Counted from the first letter of the stretch, positions 1 to 9,883 are shown. The stretch: 64,000 nt of DNA from Chloroflexota bacterium (GCA_013151955.1 JAADHH010000095.1:3195-67194); one strand, 5' to 3'. The notes: generated by a model not told the origin, from the sequence alone. Made by a program: numbers and translations.

Positions 1-1086
1 CAAGTGCAGCGCGTGGTCGAAGCCAACTGCGAAGAAGAGACTCAACACCAGGAAGGTCGGAATGAAGAACGAGCCAATGTCCAGGGTGACAAAGTTGATG
101 GCAAAGGCAAGCTCGCCCGCCCAGGCCAACCCCAGGGTTGCGGCCAGTCGGGGGCGGGAGCGTATGGTTGCCGCAATGCCCCAACCTATGAAGATCAATG
201 CAAAGGGCGTAAATTGACTCCATAGCGCGTGCAGGTAGAGGGCGAAATGATTTTGCAAGCGGGCCAGAGAGCTGGCACCGAAAACAAAGTCGCGGTATTG
301 GCCGGCCATGGCAAAGCTCAGCAGACTCCCGGCGCTTAGCGGGGCAAAGAACTCGGAGTAGGGCGTTCCGGTGAAAGCGCGCACAGCGATGTAGCCGTAT
401 TGGGCCGCCCCCAAGAGGACGAGGAGCGTGACGATCACGATACTGCGCGGATGGAACACCGAGCGATCGGTGCAGATAACCAAAAAGGCGAAGGCCGGCA
501 GCAACGTGATCATCGTGAGATGATTGCCAAAGCTGAGTGCATAGATCAGACAGGCCAGATAGAACATGCGCCGGTTACCGCTGCGTCGCCAGTGAAAAAG
601 GGCCAGGAGCGTGGCTGCCACATAGAAAGCGTTGAGCGTATAGACTTCGGCGACGACCGCTTTGTCCCAGAAAAAGCGAGTCGTGCCGAACAAGAGGGCA
701 GAGAGGGCTGCGGCAAAGGGAGAAACGTCCAGTTCAAGGGCCGCCCAGAAGAGTGTCCCCACGGCCAGGGCACCAAACAGGGCCGACATCAGGTTGATGC
801 GATAGGCCAGCACACCAAAGGGCAGCCGCGCGAACAGGGCGTTCAACATTACATAGCCGGGATAGCCGGGGGAGTGCGGAATTCCGAGCACACGCCCGAT
901 GAATTGGAACTTGGCGTTATCCCCGCTCCCCCCCAACCCCGGTTGCAACGTGTGGAGGTATGCGAAGAAAGGAATCAGCACACAGAGAATGCCCCACAGC
1001 CACGTCGTGAACGGTCTTGGAGCAGGTTGTCCCGGAGGTTGAATGGGCCTGGGGGCTTTCCGGAAGCCTGGTCGTTCAGAGGGCAT
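1..1086 (-). CDS. Polytopic membrane glycosyltransferase-like protein (DUF2723/GT-C type), first 362 codons; gene continues past the left edge
   Basis: Absent from the ORF track because no stop lies in the window. Hand translation from ATG at 1086..1084 reads MPSERPGFRKAPRPIQPPGQPAPRPFTTWLWGILCVLIPFFAYLHTLQPGLGGSGDNAKFQFIGRVLGIPHSPGYPGY... It stays open to nt 1 and has repeated hydrophobic helices. Family assignment is from memory. Confidence 0.65.
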   Translation of the reverse strand, partial: MPSERPGFRKAPRPIQPPGQPAPRPFTTWLWGILCVLIPFFAYLHTLQPGLGGSGDNAKFQFIGRVLGIPHSPGYPGYVMLNALFARLPFGVLAYRINLMSALFGALAVGTLFWAALELDVSPFAAALSALLFGTTRFFWDKAVVAEVYTLNAFYVAATLLALFHWRRSGNRRMFYLACLIYALSFGNHLTMITLLPAFAFLVICTDRSVFHPRSIVIVTLLVLLGAAQYGYIAVRAFTGTPYSEFFAPLSAGSLLSFAMAGQYRDFVFGASSLARLQNHFALYLHALWSQFTPFALIFIGWGIAATIRSRPRLAATLGLAWAGELAFAINFVTLDIGSFFIPTFLVLSLFFAVGFDHALHL

Positions 1087-1116
1087 TGTACTCAACCACG
1101 GACGAACGGTGGGCAG

Positions 1117-2076
1117 CTAGTTTGCGGACTCATCGAAGCCCCAGGTATCGCTGACGACGTAGAGGGGGCGGGCCTTCACTTCGTCATAGATGCGCCCCAG
1201 GTATTCCCCAATGATGCCCAAGAAGATCAACTGTATCCCGCCTAGAAAGAGAACACTGACCAGGGTCGTCGCCTGACCCAGCAAGGCTTGGTGGCCGTAC
1301 AGGCGCAGAAAGATGACCGCGGCGATTCCAACCAGGCTCAGACTGGCGATGACGAAGCCAAAATAGGTTGCGATTTGCAACGGGAGGTAGGAGAAAGAAG
1401 TGATTCCGTCAAGGGCGAAGCGGACCATTTTTCGCAACGGGTATTTCGTTTCCCCGGCGAACCGCTCGGAGCGGACGTACTGCACACCGGTCTGCCGGAA
1501 TCCTGTCCAAACCGATAGGCCGCGCATGAAACGGTGCCGTTCGCGGAGGGTCCGCATTGCCTGCACTGCCTTTCGGTCGGCCAGGCGAAAATCGCCCGTA
1601 TCTGGGGGAATATCAATGTCTGTAATGCGGATGATAAGGCGGTAAAAGAGTTTGGCAGTCGTCTCTTTGAACCACGATTCCCCTTTCCTTTCCTGGCGCA
1701 TCGCGTAGACGACTTCGTACCCTTCCTTCCATTTTTCGATGAGCTGGAGGATGACTTCGGGAGGGTCTTGCAGGTCGGCATCGATGATGATCACGGCATC
1801 CCCTTGCGCATAGTCCAACCCGGCGGTGATGGCCACCTGGTGCCCAAAGTTGCGGGAGAAGTTGACGATCTTCACCCGGGGGTCCCGCTCCCGCAACTGG
1901 TGCATCAGTTCCAAAGAGCGGTCGTGACTCCCATCATTGACGAGCACCAATTCGTACGGTTCATCGAGCGTGTCCATGGCCTCTGTCACACGGCGGTGTA
2001 GTTCCTCGATGATTCGCTCTTCGTTGAAGACCGGAGCAACGATGGAGTAGCGCGGTCTCGGGCTCGGGTCGGCCAT
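1117..2076 (-). CDS. Family 2 glycosyltransferase, polyprenol-phosphate sugar transferase type (DPM1/GtrB/ArnC-like) with C-terminal TM helices
   Basis: ORF 1117..2229 trimmed to ATG 2076 ([20 protein letters not shown]...). Motifs VLVNDGSHD and [12 protein letters not shown], followed by two C-terminal hydrophobic helices. Confidence 0.9.
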   Translation of the reverse strand: MADPSPRPRYSIVAPVFNEERIIEELHRRVTEAMDTLDEPYELVLVNDGSHDRSLELMHQLRERDPRVKIVNFSRNFGHQVAITAGLDYAQGDAVIIIDADLQDPPEVILQLIEKWKEGYEVVYAMRQERKGESWFKETTAKLFYRLIIRITDIDIPPDTGDFRLADRKAVQAMRTLRERHRFMRGLSVWTGFRQTGVQYVRSERFAGETKYPLRKMVRFALDGITSFSYLPLQIATYFGFVIASLSLVGIAAVIFLRLYGHQALLGQATTLVSVLFLGGIQLIFLGIIGEYLGRIYDEVKARPLYVVSDTWGFDESAN

Positions 2077-2080
2077 GTCG

Positions 2081-2530
2081 TTATGTCCCTTCGTGTTGAT
2101 GGGCAGCTTCGGGGGAATCAAATGCCGCGCGGAAGGCTGCCGGTGGCGGTTGCGGACGTCCCTCACTGTCCAAAAAGACAAAGATTTGTTTGGCATCCAT
2201 GATGACCTCGCCGCCGGCCCCGCGATCATCTGCGCGCGTGATGCGGTACTGCATCGTCCAGCGGATTCGTCGTCCCCACTCGATCACCCCGCCGGTGACG
2301 TGTAGCGTGTCGCCAAAGCGTGCCGCCTTGCGGTAGTCCATGGAGGTGTGTACCACAACGGGGTACATCCCCCACGCATCGAAGTCATTGAAGCTCAAGC
2401 CGATTTGTTCGAGGTATTCGCAGCGGGCGAATTCCAGGTATTGGAGGTAGACAGCGTTGTTCACGTGGCCAAAAGAATCGAGTTCAAAGCTGCGTACCTT
2501 TACGGTGGCCGTACGTTGTGGATAGGACAT
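2081..2530 (-). CDS. Acyl-CoA thioesterase, hotdog fold (4HBT/YbgC family)
   Basis: 149-aa ORF. '[23 protein letters not shown]' is the typical 4HBT catalytic region. A 4-nt gap separates it from the downstream GT2 gene. Confidence 0.85.
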   Translation of the reverse strand: MSYPQRTATVKVRSFELDSFGHVNNAVYLQYLEFARCEYLEQIGLSFNDFDAWGMYPVVVHTSMDYRKAARFGDTLHVTGGVIEWGRRIRWTMQYRITRADDRGAGGEVIMDAKQIFVFLDSEGRPQPPPAAFRAAFDSPEAAHQHEGT

Positions 2531-2569
2531 GACTCTGTTTTCCTGTCTGTTTTTTTATAGCCAAATGTG

Positions 2570-2694
2570 GTATCTTCTCAATATTTCGGGGTGAGCAGAA
2601 CGTCGTGCCCCCCTACCCTCCCCAACTTTGGGGGGGAATGTGCTCCCCCAGAATTGGGGGCCGGGGGGCGTTCCCCAAGTTATTGAGATGATAC
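2570..2694 (+). mobile_element. MITE, shared-TIR superfamily, core type A (copy A1)
   Basis: GTATCTTCTCAATATTTCGGGG ... CCCCAAGTTATTGAGATGATAC. Core has C5/G5 hairpins (CCCCAACTTTGGGG, CCCCCAGAATTGGGGG). Flanks CAAATGTG / CAAATGCA match at 6 of 8. Confidence 0.85.
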
Positions 2695-2779
2695 CAAATG
2701 CAGTTCAGAATCTCATTTTGGGATCAGCAAATACAGTATACGCCGAACGGCCAATTTGTCAAGACAAGACGATTTCAAA

Positions 2780-2940
2780 GCAGTCCCCATGAGCGGCGCG
2801 CTCGCCACCAAGGATGAAAATGGCGGGGCGTGAAACGTGAAGACGTGAAACGTATTGCGTATTGCGTATTGCGTCTTACGCATCACGTTTTACGTTTTAC
2901 CTGACACCTGACACCTTATTTTCAAAGAAGTTGAACTTCT
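2780..2940 (+). repeat. Family E composite repeat, copy E1 (heptamer-phased array 2829-2915)
   Basis: CGTGAAA CGTGAAGA CGTGAAA (CGTATTG)x3 CGTCTTA CGCATCA (CGTTTTA)x2 (CCTGACA)x2. Flanked by ...CACCAAGGATGAAAATGGCGG and TTATTTTCAAAGAAGTTGAACTTCT. Confidence 0.9.
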
Positions 2941-3019
2941 AACTGGATGTGGTATAATCTCGAGCAAGTAAAGTTGAACCGTGCAGCCCGATTTCGCTAT
3001 GGACGGCGAGCCAACACTC

Positions 3020-5383
3020 ATGAAAACGATGACCTTATTCCCGAAACCTTTGCTCTTGCAACGTGTGCTCCGCTCCTTGCTGGTGCGGCGCGTCCGTTCC
3101 CTGTTGACGCTGGCCGGCATCATTGTGGGGGTAGCCGGCGTGACTGCGGTTGTTTTCACGGCCCGCAACCTGGCCGATGCCCAGGCAGATGTTTACGACT
3201 CCGCTTCTCAGGCCGATATAACGTTTTGGGTATGGGATGCCAGTCCCTCTTTGCCGCGCACACTCACCAACCGCCCCGACGTGACCGCTGTAGAACTGCG
3301 CTGGACCGATTACGTGAAGGCCAACCTGGGCGAGAGTCGCCAGACGCTGCACCTGATTGGGCTGTCCAATCCGGCAGAGACTACCGTGAACCGTCTCGAC
3401 TTGTTGGCCGGACGCTATCCCGGCCCGGACCAGGCGTTGCTGGAGATTTCCTCACGCGATCTGGCCCCCCTCGAAATTGGAGACTCGATTACCTACCTCG
3501 ATTCCGCGGGTCGCCAACGCCGCTTGACCATCAGCGGTCTCGCACGCAGCCCGGCGCTCCTTTCCGCGCAACTGACCGGCCTGGCCACGGCCTTCGTTCC
3601 GGCGCGTACCGTGCGAGACTTGTTGGGCGTCTCCGGCGCGAACCAATTGCTCATCCGCGTTGCCGACCCCCGCCACAGCGGTGAAGCGGCGCGCGACATT
3701 GCCCGCTCGCTTGACAACCAGCACCTGCAACATGACGAACCACAGATACGCGACCCGAACAATTTTCCCGGCAAACGGGAATTGGACGCCCTATTTCGTT
3801 TGCTGGCCCTTTTTGCAGCGCTGGGGCTACTGCTGTGTGGGGTACTGGTCGGCAATACGCTCTCCATGCTGGTTGCCGAAGAGCAAAACGAGATCGGCAC
3901 ACTGAAGGCATTGGGCGCAGACCGCACGTACATCCTGCAAAGCTATCTGTTGGCCGCCCTTGTTTACGGCTTCCTGGGCACGCCGGTGGGCATCGCGTTG
4001 GGTGCCCTGTTGGGTTGGCGGATCATGTCCTTTTTGGGCGGGCTGACCAGCCTGTCTGCCCCGTTTGCCCTTGCACCGGAGGGCATTGCTGTGGGCGTCG
4101 CCGTGGGGCTGGGCGTGACCTTTTCGGCCGGTCTGGTTCCCGCCTATCATGCAGCCATGCTTCCCGTATCCGAGGCCTTGCAACCGCATGGTCTGGTCTC
4201 TCGCTATGCCCGTACCCGCCTGGAGCGCGTGTTGCAACACATGCGCAGACTGCCGCCCCTGACGGCCATGTCGCTGCGCAACCTGAGCCGCCGCCGCACC
4301 CGCAACGGCCTGACCGTGTTGGTCATTGCCCTGGCTGTGGCTACCCTGTTGGCTGCCCAGACCACGGAAGCCTCTGTGAACGGCGCCATCGACGAGGTCT
4401 TCCGTACCTATCGCGCGCAAGCGTGGGTCTTCTTCCGCCGGCCGGTCAGCCCCGACCTGAAACAGAGTTTGCAGGCCATCCCCGGCGTTGGCCAGGCCGA
4501 ACCGTGGACGTTGACCGACGCCTGGGTTGGCCATGCCCCGGTGCGCCTCTGGGGCCTGCCGGCCGATACCACACTATACCGGCCCAACCTGATTGCCGGC
4601 CGCTGGTACCGCCCGGATGAGCCGCGAGGAGCGGTCGTATCCGCCGATCTAGCGAAGCGGCAAGGCATAAACAGGGGGCAAAGCATCCAGGTGGACCTGG
4701 GCGAAGGCCGCCAAACTTCGTTGCACGTGGTTGGTATCGCCATAGACAACACAATCTTCTTGGGCAGCCAGGTGCAAAGCAAGGTGTTTGCTCCCCGCCG
4801 GACCGTCGCGCGTCTGCACGGGCTGCAGGGGCAGGCCAGCCTGTTTGCGCTAGGCCTGCGAGAGGGATCGCCGGCAGCGGTACAGTCGATTCTGGCGCAG
4901 ATCGAGCAGCGTTATGCCGCGTGGTTGCCCGCCGGCGAATCGGCCCAAGCCGAGGTAGACGCCGCCCGCAAACAATCGCAGACGTTGGGGCTGGCCCTGC
5001 GCAGCATGGTCGCACTCGTGGCCATCATTGGCGCGATCGGTCTGACAAACACGTTGACCATCGGCGTGCTGGAGCGCCGGCGCGAAATCGGCGTACTGCG
5101 AGCCCTCGGCGCCACCGACCGTCAGATTGCCCAGACTTTCATCGTCGAGGGGGTCGCACTGGGCCTCATGGGGTGGGTGCTGGGAGCAGTCATCGGCTAC
5201 GGTTTGGGCCAGGGGCTTGTGTACACCTTGGGCAGTGTGCTGTTTCGCATTCGCTACCTTTTTCCGCCTGGGGTGCTGCTCCTCAGCCTGGCCTTTGCAC
5301 TGGTCATCGCGGTTGCTGCCAGCCTGGGGCCGGCCTGGGCCGCCGCTCGCCTGCCCACCATCGAGACCTTGCGATACGAGTAG
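3020..5383 (+). CDS. ABC-transporter permease with two FtsX domains (MacB/YbbP-like); no ATPase partner nearby
   Basis: 800-aa ORF from GTG 2981; a likelier start is ATG 3020 (MKTMTLFPKPLLLQRVLRSLLVRRVRSLLTLAGIIVGVAGV). Two TM1 / large loop / 3-TM units. C-terminal 'IGVLRALGATDRQI' FtsX signature. Confidence 0.85.
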   Translation: MKTMTLFPKPLLLQRVLRSLLVRRVRSLLTLAGIIVGVAGVTAVVFTARNLADAQADVYDSASQADITFWVWDASPSLPRTLTNRPDVTAVELRWTDYVKANLGESRQTLHLIGLSNPAETTVNRLDLLAGRYPGPDQALLEISSRDLAPLEIGDSITYLDSAGRQRRLTISGLARSPALLSAQLTGLATAFVPARTVRDLLGVSGANQLLIRVADPRHSGEAARDIARSLDNQHLQHDEPQIRDPNNFPGKRELDALFRLLALFAALGLLLCGVLVGNTLSMLVAEEQNEIGTLKALGADRTYILQSYLLAALVYGFLGTPVGIALGALLGWRIMSFLGGLTSLSAPFALAPEGIAVGVAVGLGVTFSAGLVPAYHAAMLPVSEALQPHGLVSRYARTRLERVLQHMRRLPPLTAMSLRNLSRRRTRNGLTVLVIALAVATLLAAQTTEASVNGAIDEVFRTYRAQAWVFFRRPVSPDLKQSLQAIPGVGQAEPWTLTDAWVGHAPVRLWGLPADTTLYRPNLIAGRWYRPDEPRGAVVSADLAKRQGINRGQSIQVDLGEGRQTSLHVVGIAIDNTIFLGSQVQSKVFAPRRTVARLHGLQGQASLFALGLREGSPAAVQSILAQIEQRYAAWLPAGESAQAEVDAARKQSQTLGLALRSMVALVAIIGAIGLTNTLTIGVLERRREIGVLRALGATDRQIAQTFIVEGVALGLMGWVLGAVIGYGLGQGLVYTLGSVLFRIRYLFPPGVLLLSLAFALVIAVAASLGPAWAAARLPTIETLRYE

Positions 5384-5556
5384 GAAACAGAGCGGATGCG
5401 CCCTGCCCCCACCGCTGCCGGTTGACTTTCAGAGCAGCCTGTGCTATCATCCGGCGGTACACGTGCCGCGGCCGGTGCGATACGATGGCTGCGTCGAGGG
5501 CTTCCCACAATTGCTGGAGGGACAAAGAAAGCGGTCTGATCAATTCAAAACCTTTT

Positions 5557-7488
5557 ATGACGAAACAGCATTTTTTGCGAATGGTTCACAGGAAGGATAT
5601 TGGCGTACATGCCCCGTTAGCAGCTCTGATGGTTGTGTATGCTCTCCTTTTCTCCTTTCTGAGTTTGCGGCTGCATCAAACGTTTCATACGGGCAACGAT
5701 CTGGCCGTCTTTTCACAAGTCATTTGGAACACAACACAGGGACGTCCATTCGAAACTTCTCTGGTGGCCGAAGCAACCAACTTCTTGGGGCAACATTTCT
5801 CCCCGATTCTGGCACTCTTCACGCCGCTATACGCCATACGACCTGACGCCGGGATTCTGTTAGTCAGCCAGGCCGTCATCGTGGCGCTGGGTGCTATCCC
5901 CCTTTATGCCTATGCTACTCGCAAGCTGGGCGGAACAAGGTGGGGCCTGGGCATAGCCACAGCCTATCTCCTGTTTCCTGCGGTCCATTTCGTAACCCTG
6001 GACGAGTTTCATCCCATTGCCCTCGCCATCCCCCTTTTGGGATTCGCTGCGTACAGCTTACTCATGCGTCGTTACCGGGCTTTCTTTCTCGTCTTTGCCG
6101 TTGCCATGCTGGTGAAAGAGGAAACGACGCTGATCCTGGCCGGCATGGGTCTGCTCATCTTCTTCGTACACCGTCGCATCCGGTTGGGGATCGTGACAAC
6201 AGCACTCGGCGTGGGCCTGGCCGGCCTGCTACTGTATGTGATCATCCCGGGCCTGGCCCGTCCGGGATATGGCTACGTCTTTACACACCGCTATGATTAC
6301 CTTGGTGAAAATGTGACAGACATTGTTTTTCACCTGGTGACCCATCCGCAAATGGTTTTGCCGTACCTTTTGATCTGGCCCAAAGCGCTCTTCCTTATCC
6401 AACTATTCGGCGCGGTATCCCTGCTCCCTTTATTGGCACCAGGAACGCTGCTCATGGCGCTGCCCACCTTTGTCTATTTGCTGCTCAGTGATTACCCGTT
6501 TCAGTATTCGATCCAACACCAGTACACGGCCCCGCTCATTCCCATCTTGTTCCTGGCAGCGGTAGATGGCCTGTACCGGCTGTACCGGTGGGGACAAGGG
6601 CACGGCCACGATTGGCGGGTACCGGGGATGGGGATGTTGTTGGGCAGCGCGTTGCTCGCATTTGCCCTGTGGTCGCCCGCACCCCTCGGCGGAGCCTTCG
6701 ATCCGTCCGAGTACGCCATCACTGCACATGTGAAAGCCGGCCACCGGCTACTGGCCCAGATTCCCGCACAAGCCAGTGTCGCATCGGACTGGAAATTCTA
6801 TCCCCACCTGAGCAACCGCCGGGTGCTGGGCGACCTGCTGAACCCCCGTGTCTCCCCGGTGGATTTCGTGCTGGTGGATCAACCACCCGGCTATGTGTCG
6901 GCCCCGCTCTATCCCCACGTGTTGTTGCCCAAAGCAGACCAACCGTTGGTTTACCCCCTCTTCCAGGACATCGTCAAAGAAGACAATATCACCCTGAGTC
7001 AATACCAGCGGGACATAGTACTCCAGGGAATAGATGCCCGTTTTGGGGAGGTCCTCCGACTGGTCGCGATGGGCTGGATCAACGGCCCCTATGTCCCAGC
7101 GGGGCAACCGGCCAGACTTGTCCTTGTCTGGCAGGCCACGAGCCACCTGGACAAACGCTACGTGTTTTTTGTACACCTGCTTCGCACGCAGGATCAAGAA
7201 ACATCGTTGGTTGCGCAAGATGATCAAGAGCTGGGTAGGGGGCTGTTTCCAACGACAAAGTGGGATGAATGGGGTGCGAACAAACTTCTGGCCGATGAAT
7301 ACACCCTCTCCCCTCCACCGACCCTGCCGGCCGGCGACTACACCCTGACCGCGGGCGTCTATCCTCGCAGCGGTGGGCCGAACCTCACGGGAACAGACCG
7401 CCAAGGCAACGCCGTGGGCAACGAAGTCTACCTCGGCGTGTTGCACCTGACGCAATCGTCGCCCGCGAGGGAAGGGGGAACCCCATGA
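5557..7488 (+). CDS. DUF2079-type polytopic membrane protein (putative GT-C glycosyltransferase) with extracytoplasmic C-terminal beta-rich domain
   Basis: 855-aa ORF trimmed to ATG 5557 (MTKQHFLRMVHRKDIGVHAPLAALMVVYALLFSFLSLRLHQTFHTGNDLAVFSQVIWN...). The upstream 212 codons overlap the permease gene and are Arg/Gly-rich noise. Confidence 0.8.
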   Translation: MTKQHFLRMVHRKDIGVHAPLAALMVVYALLFSFLSLRLHQTFHTGNDLAVFSQVIWNTTQGRPFETSLVAEATNFLGQHFSPILALFTPLYAIRPDAGILLVSQAVIVALGAIPLYAYATRKLGGTRWGLGIATAYLLFPAVHFVTLDEFHPIALAIPLLGFAAYSLLMRRYRAFFLVFAVAMLVKEETTLILAGMGLLIFFVHRRIRLGIVTTALGVGLAGLLLYVIIPGLARPGYGYVFTHRYDYLGENVTDIVFHLVTHPQMVLPYLLIWPKALFLIQLFGAVSLLPLLAPGTLLMALPTFVYLLLSDYPFQYSIQHQYTAPLIPILFLAAVDGLYRLYRWGQGHGHDWRVPGMGMLLGSALLAFALWSPAPLGGAFDPSEYAITAHVKAGHRLLAQIPAQASVASDWKFYPHLSNRRVLGDLLNPRVSPVDFVLVDQPPGYVSAPLYPHVLLPKADQPLVYPLFQDIVKEDNITLSQYQRDIVLQGIDARFGEVLRLVAMGWINGPYVPAGQPARLVLVWQATSHLDKRYVFFVHLLRTQDQETSLVAQDDQELGRGLFPTTKWDEWGANKLLADEYTLSPPPTLPAGDYTLTAGVYPRSGGPNLTGTDRQGNAVGNEVYLGVLHLTQSSPAREGGTP

Positions 7489-9836
7489 CGAAGAAAGCTT
7501 CCCCTCTCCTGATAGCCGGGGCCATCTTCCTGTTCCTCGCTTCAATCTATCTGCTGACCTACAGCGGCGAGTTCCATGCCATTGATGAAGTTTCCATGTT
7601 CGCGGTGACGGAGAACCTGGTCAAGCACGGCACGTTCAATGCCAACCAAATGTTGTGGGCATCTGGCTGGTTGCCGGCGCAGAACAGAATCGGTCCAGAC
7701 GGAAACTACTACTCGAAGAAGGGCATCGGCCAATCCCTGGCCGCCAGCCCGCTTTATTGGGCCGGCCTACACCTCCCGCCGGCCGTGGGCCTGGTCCAAA
7801 TTACAATGCTGACGAACGTCCTCGTAACAGCGCTCACCGGTGCCCTTCTTTTCTTGCTCCTTCTCGAGTTGGGATTTTCCTTGCGTACGGGTGTGGCCGG
7901 GGCGATGATTTTTGGACTGGGAACGACGGCCTGGCCGTATACCAAAACCTTCTTTAACGAACCTCTGACCGCCTTGTGCCTGCTGGCTTCGTTCTATCTG
8001 CTGGTCCGTGCCCGCCGAAAACCCTCGTCCGCCAAGAGAGGGGCCCTTTCCGGCTTGCTGTTTGGTTTGGCGGTGAGTAGCCGCGTGGCAAACTTGGCCC
8101 TGGCGCCCGGGTTCATCGCCTACATTGTGTTCATAGAGCACCAAAACAGAAAGCCCGGCAGCCGCACCTACCGGCAGGTTGCGGGCTTCGTGCTTGCCCT
8201 CCTGCCTGTACTGCTCTTGCTCGGTGAATACAACTTTGTCCGATTTGGGAGTCCATTCGACAACGGCTACGCCTCACCCGAGGGCTTCACTGCGTTCCTA
8301 CCCACCAGTCTGTACGGATTCCTATTCAGCCCTGGAAAGAGCATCTTTGTCTATTCGCCGGTTTTGTTGCTCTCGCTCTTCGGACTACCCCTCTTCTGGC
8401 GACGATTTCGCGCGGAAACGTTGCTGATCGGCTGGATCGCAGCCACCTATTTGTGCGTATACGGGTTGTGGTTCATGTGGTGGGGGGGATGGAGTTGGGG
8501 GCCGCGTTTCCTCGTGCCTTTGATACCATTTCTGATGCTCCCTTTGGCCGGCTTGGTGGATACAATCTCCTGGCGTAGCAGACTGACCCAGTTGTCCGTG
8601 GCCCTCCTTGTTCTGGCCAGCGTAGGTGTTCAATTGGCCGGCGTCCTCGTGGATTTCAATCAATACCTTGCCGACTTACTTGCTCGGGGCGTGCCTGCCG
8701 AAGAGACCATCTTTCATATTCGCTATTGGCCGGTGCTGGGACATCTGGCCCTGGCCCGGCGCGGCGTGTTGGACATGGCCTGGCTCGGATGGGGCGAGAA
8801 CGGCTCCTACGTTGCGTGGCCGGTCGTCGGGTTGCTGCTCGTCGTAACCTGCTGCGCTCTTCTTGCCGGATACCGTTCCGCCCGACGCCCGAATAGTTCC
8901 CCTGCAAATGCAGCGCTTGTCGGGTTCAGCCTGTTGCTCTTGATCGCAGCCACCTATCTGGGGCTGCTGCGTTTCTCTGCCCAGCCCGACCACACCGTGG
9001 ATAGCGATCAACTGGCCCTGGTCGAACAGGTGCGGCAAACGGCACAGCCCCACGATGGCCTTGTGTTGGAATTGACCCCCAATCATAATTACTTCGAGCG
9101 GGCCGTCTCTTTCATGAATGCGTATCGCGCAGCTCCCCCCTATTATGGGATCATCCGTCCTGATCGCCCTGAAACTGCTGAACAGGAGAAGCTCAACGAA
9201 AGGATCGCATCTAGTTACCGCCGCCTGTGGCTGATGACCGAAGGCGTCTCGGCCGGCGACCCCGCCAGCACGACGGAGCGCTGGTACAACCAACATGCCT
9301 ACCTCGTCGGAAATCGCTGGTTTGGTTCGTCTCTGCGTCTTGGCACCTATTCTTTGCCCGCACCAGGGCAGCGCCCCCTCCTGACCCAAACCGGCGACGC
9401 ACGGGTCCTCGGCCGGCAAATAAAATTGCGCGCAACCCGTTTGTCCGTGGCCGAAGGGGTGCGACCCACGCACCCCTTGCGCGTTCGGCCGGGAGACACA
9501 TTGCAACTGGAACTCGATTGGGAAGCGATGCGCCCAATCTCAACGAGTATAAAAGTTTCGGTGCAGTTGTTGGATTGGCGGGGAGAGCTACGCCTGCAGG
9601 AAGACCGCTTGCCGGTTGGAGGCTTTCGGCCCGCGCCCACCTGGAAGCTCGGCGAACAGATCACCGACCGTTACGGGCTGGTCCTCCCCGACGATCTGTC
9701 CCGTGGACGATATGCCCTGATCACCAGACTCTATCGCACAACCGACGGCCAGCGATTGCGTACAGCCGCCGGGCAGGACCACATTCTCATCACCGAGCTT
9801 GTGCTGGAACCACCAGAGGCACCACACAGCCAATAA
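7485..9836 (+). CDS. GT39/PMT_2-like (ArnT-type) polytopic membrane glycosyltransferase with C-terminal soluble domain
   Basis: 783 aa. Its start overlaps the upstream stop by 4 nt (ATGA). N-terminus '...SGEFHAIDEVSMFAVTENLVKHG', more than 10 hydrophobic helices, and a C-terminal domain shared with two other proteins in the window. Confidence 0.8.
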   Translation: MTKKASPLLIAGAIFLFLASIYLLTYSGEFHAIDEVSMFAVTENLVKHGTFNANQMLWASGWLPAQNRIGPDGNYYSKKGIGQSLAASPLYWAGLHLPPAVGLVQITMLTNVLVTALTGALLFLLLLELGFSLRTGVAGAMIFGLGTTAWPYTKTFFNEPLTALCLLASFYLLVRARRKPSSAKRGALSGLLFGLAVSSRVANLALAPGFIAYIVFIEHQNRKPGSRTYRQVAGFVLALLPVLLLLGEYNFVRFGSPFDNGYASPEGFTAFLPTSLYGFLFSPGKSIFVYSPVLLLSLFGLPLFWRRFRAETLLIGWIAATYLCVYGLWFMWWGGWSWGPRFLVPLIPFLMLPLAGLVDTISWRSRLTQLSVALLVLASVGVQLAGVLVDFNQYLADLLARGVPAEETIFHIRYWPVLGHLALARRGVLDMAWLGWGENGSYVAWPVVGLLLVVTCCALLAGYRSARRPNSSPANAALVGFSLLLLIAATYLGLLRFSAQPDHTVDSDQLALVEQVRQTAQPHDGLVLELTPNHNYFERAVSFMNAYRAAPPYYGIIRPDRPETAEQEKLNERIASSYRRLWLMTEGVSAGDPASTTERWYNQHAYLVGNRWFGSSLRLGTYSLPAPGQRPLLTQTGDARVLGRQIKLRATRLSVAEGVRPTHPLRVRPGDTLQLELDWEAMRPISTSIKVSVQLLDWRGELRLQEDRLPVGGFRPAPTWKLGEQITDRYGLVLPDDLSRGRYALITRLYRTTDGQRLRTAAGQDHILITELVLEPPEAPHSQ

Positions 9837-9883
9837 GGTGAGGCAAGAGACGAACGTCACACAAATGCGTGGAAAGAAGGCAA

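Noticed and set aside
400-1245. 281-aa plus-strand ORF, plus 4..225.
   Set aside because: Its composition is highly charged, Arg/Glu/Gly/Gln-rich. The opposite strand gives an uninterrupted multi-TM protein from ATG 1086 to the window edge.
2589-2670. Multiple G5-G7 runs in the type A MITE core raised the possibility of a G-quadruplex.
   Set aside because: Each G-run is immediately preceded by a complementary C-run (CCCCAACTTTGGGG, CCCCCAGAATTGGGGG). Simple hairpins are therefore the more economical explanation, and the loops between G-runs are long.
4921-5556. 212-codon N-terminal extension of the 855-aa ORF.
   Set aside because: It overlaps the 3' end of the FtsX permease in another frame and is Arg/Gly/Pro-rich. 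The recognisable DUF2079 membrane protein starts at ATG 5557.
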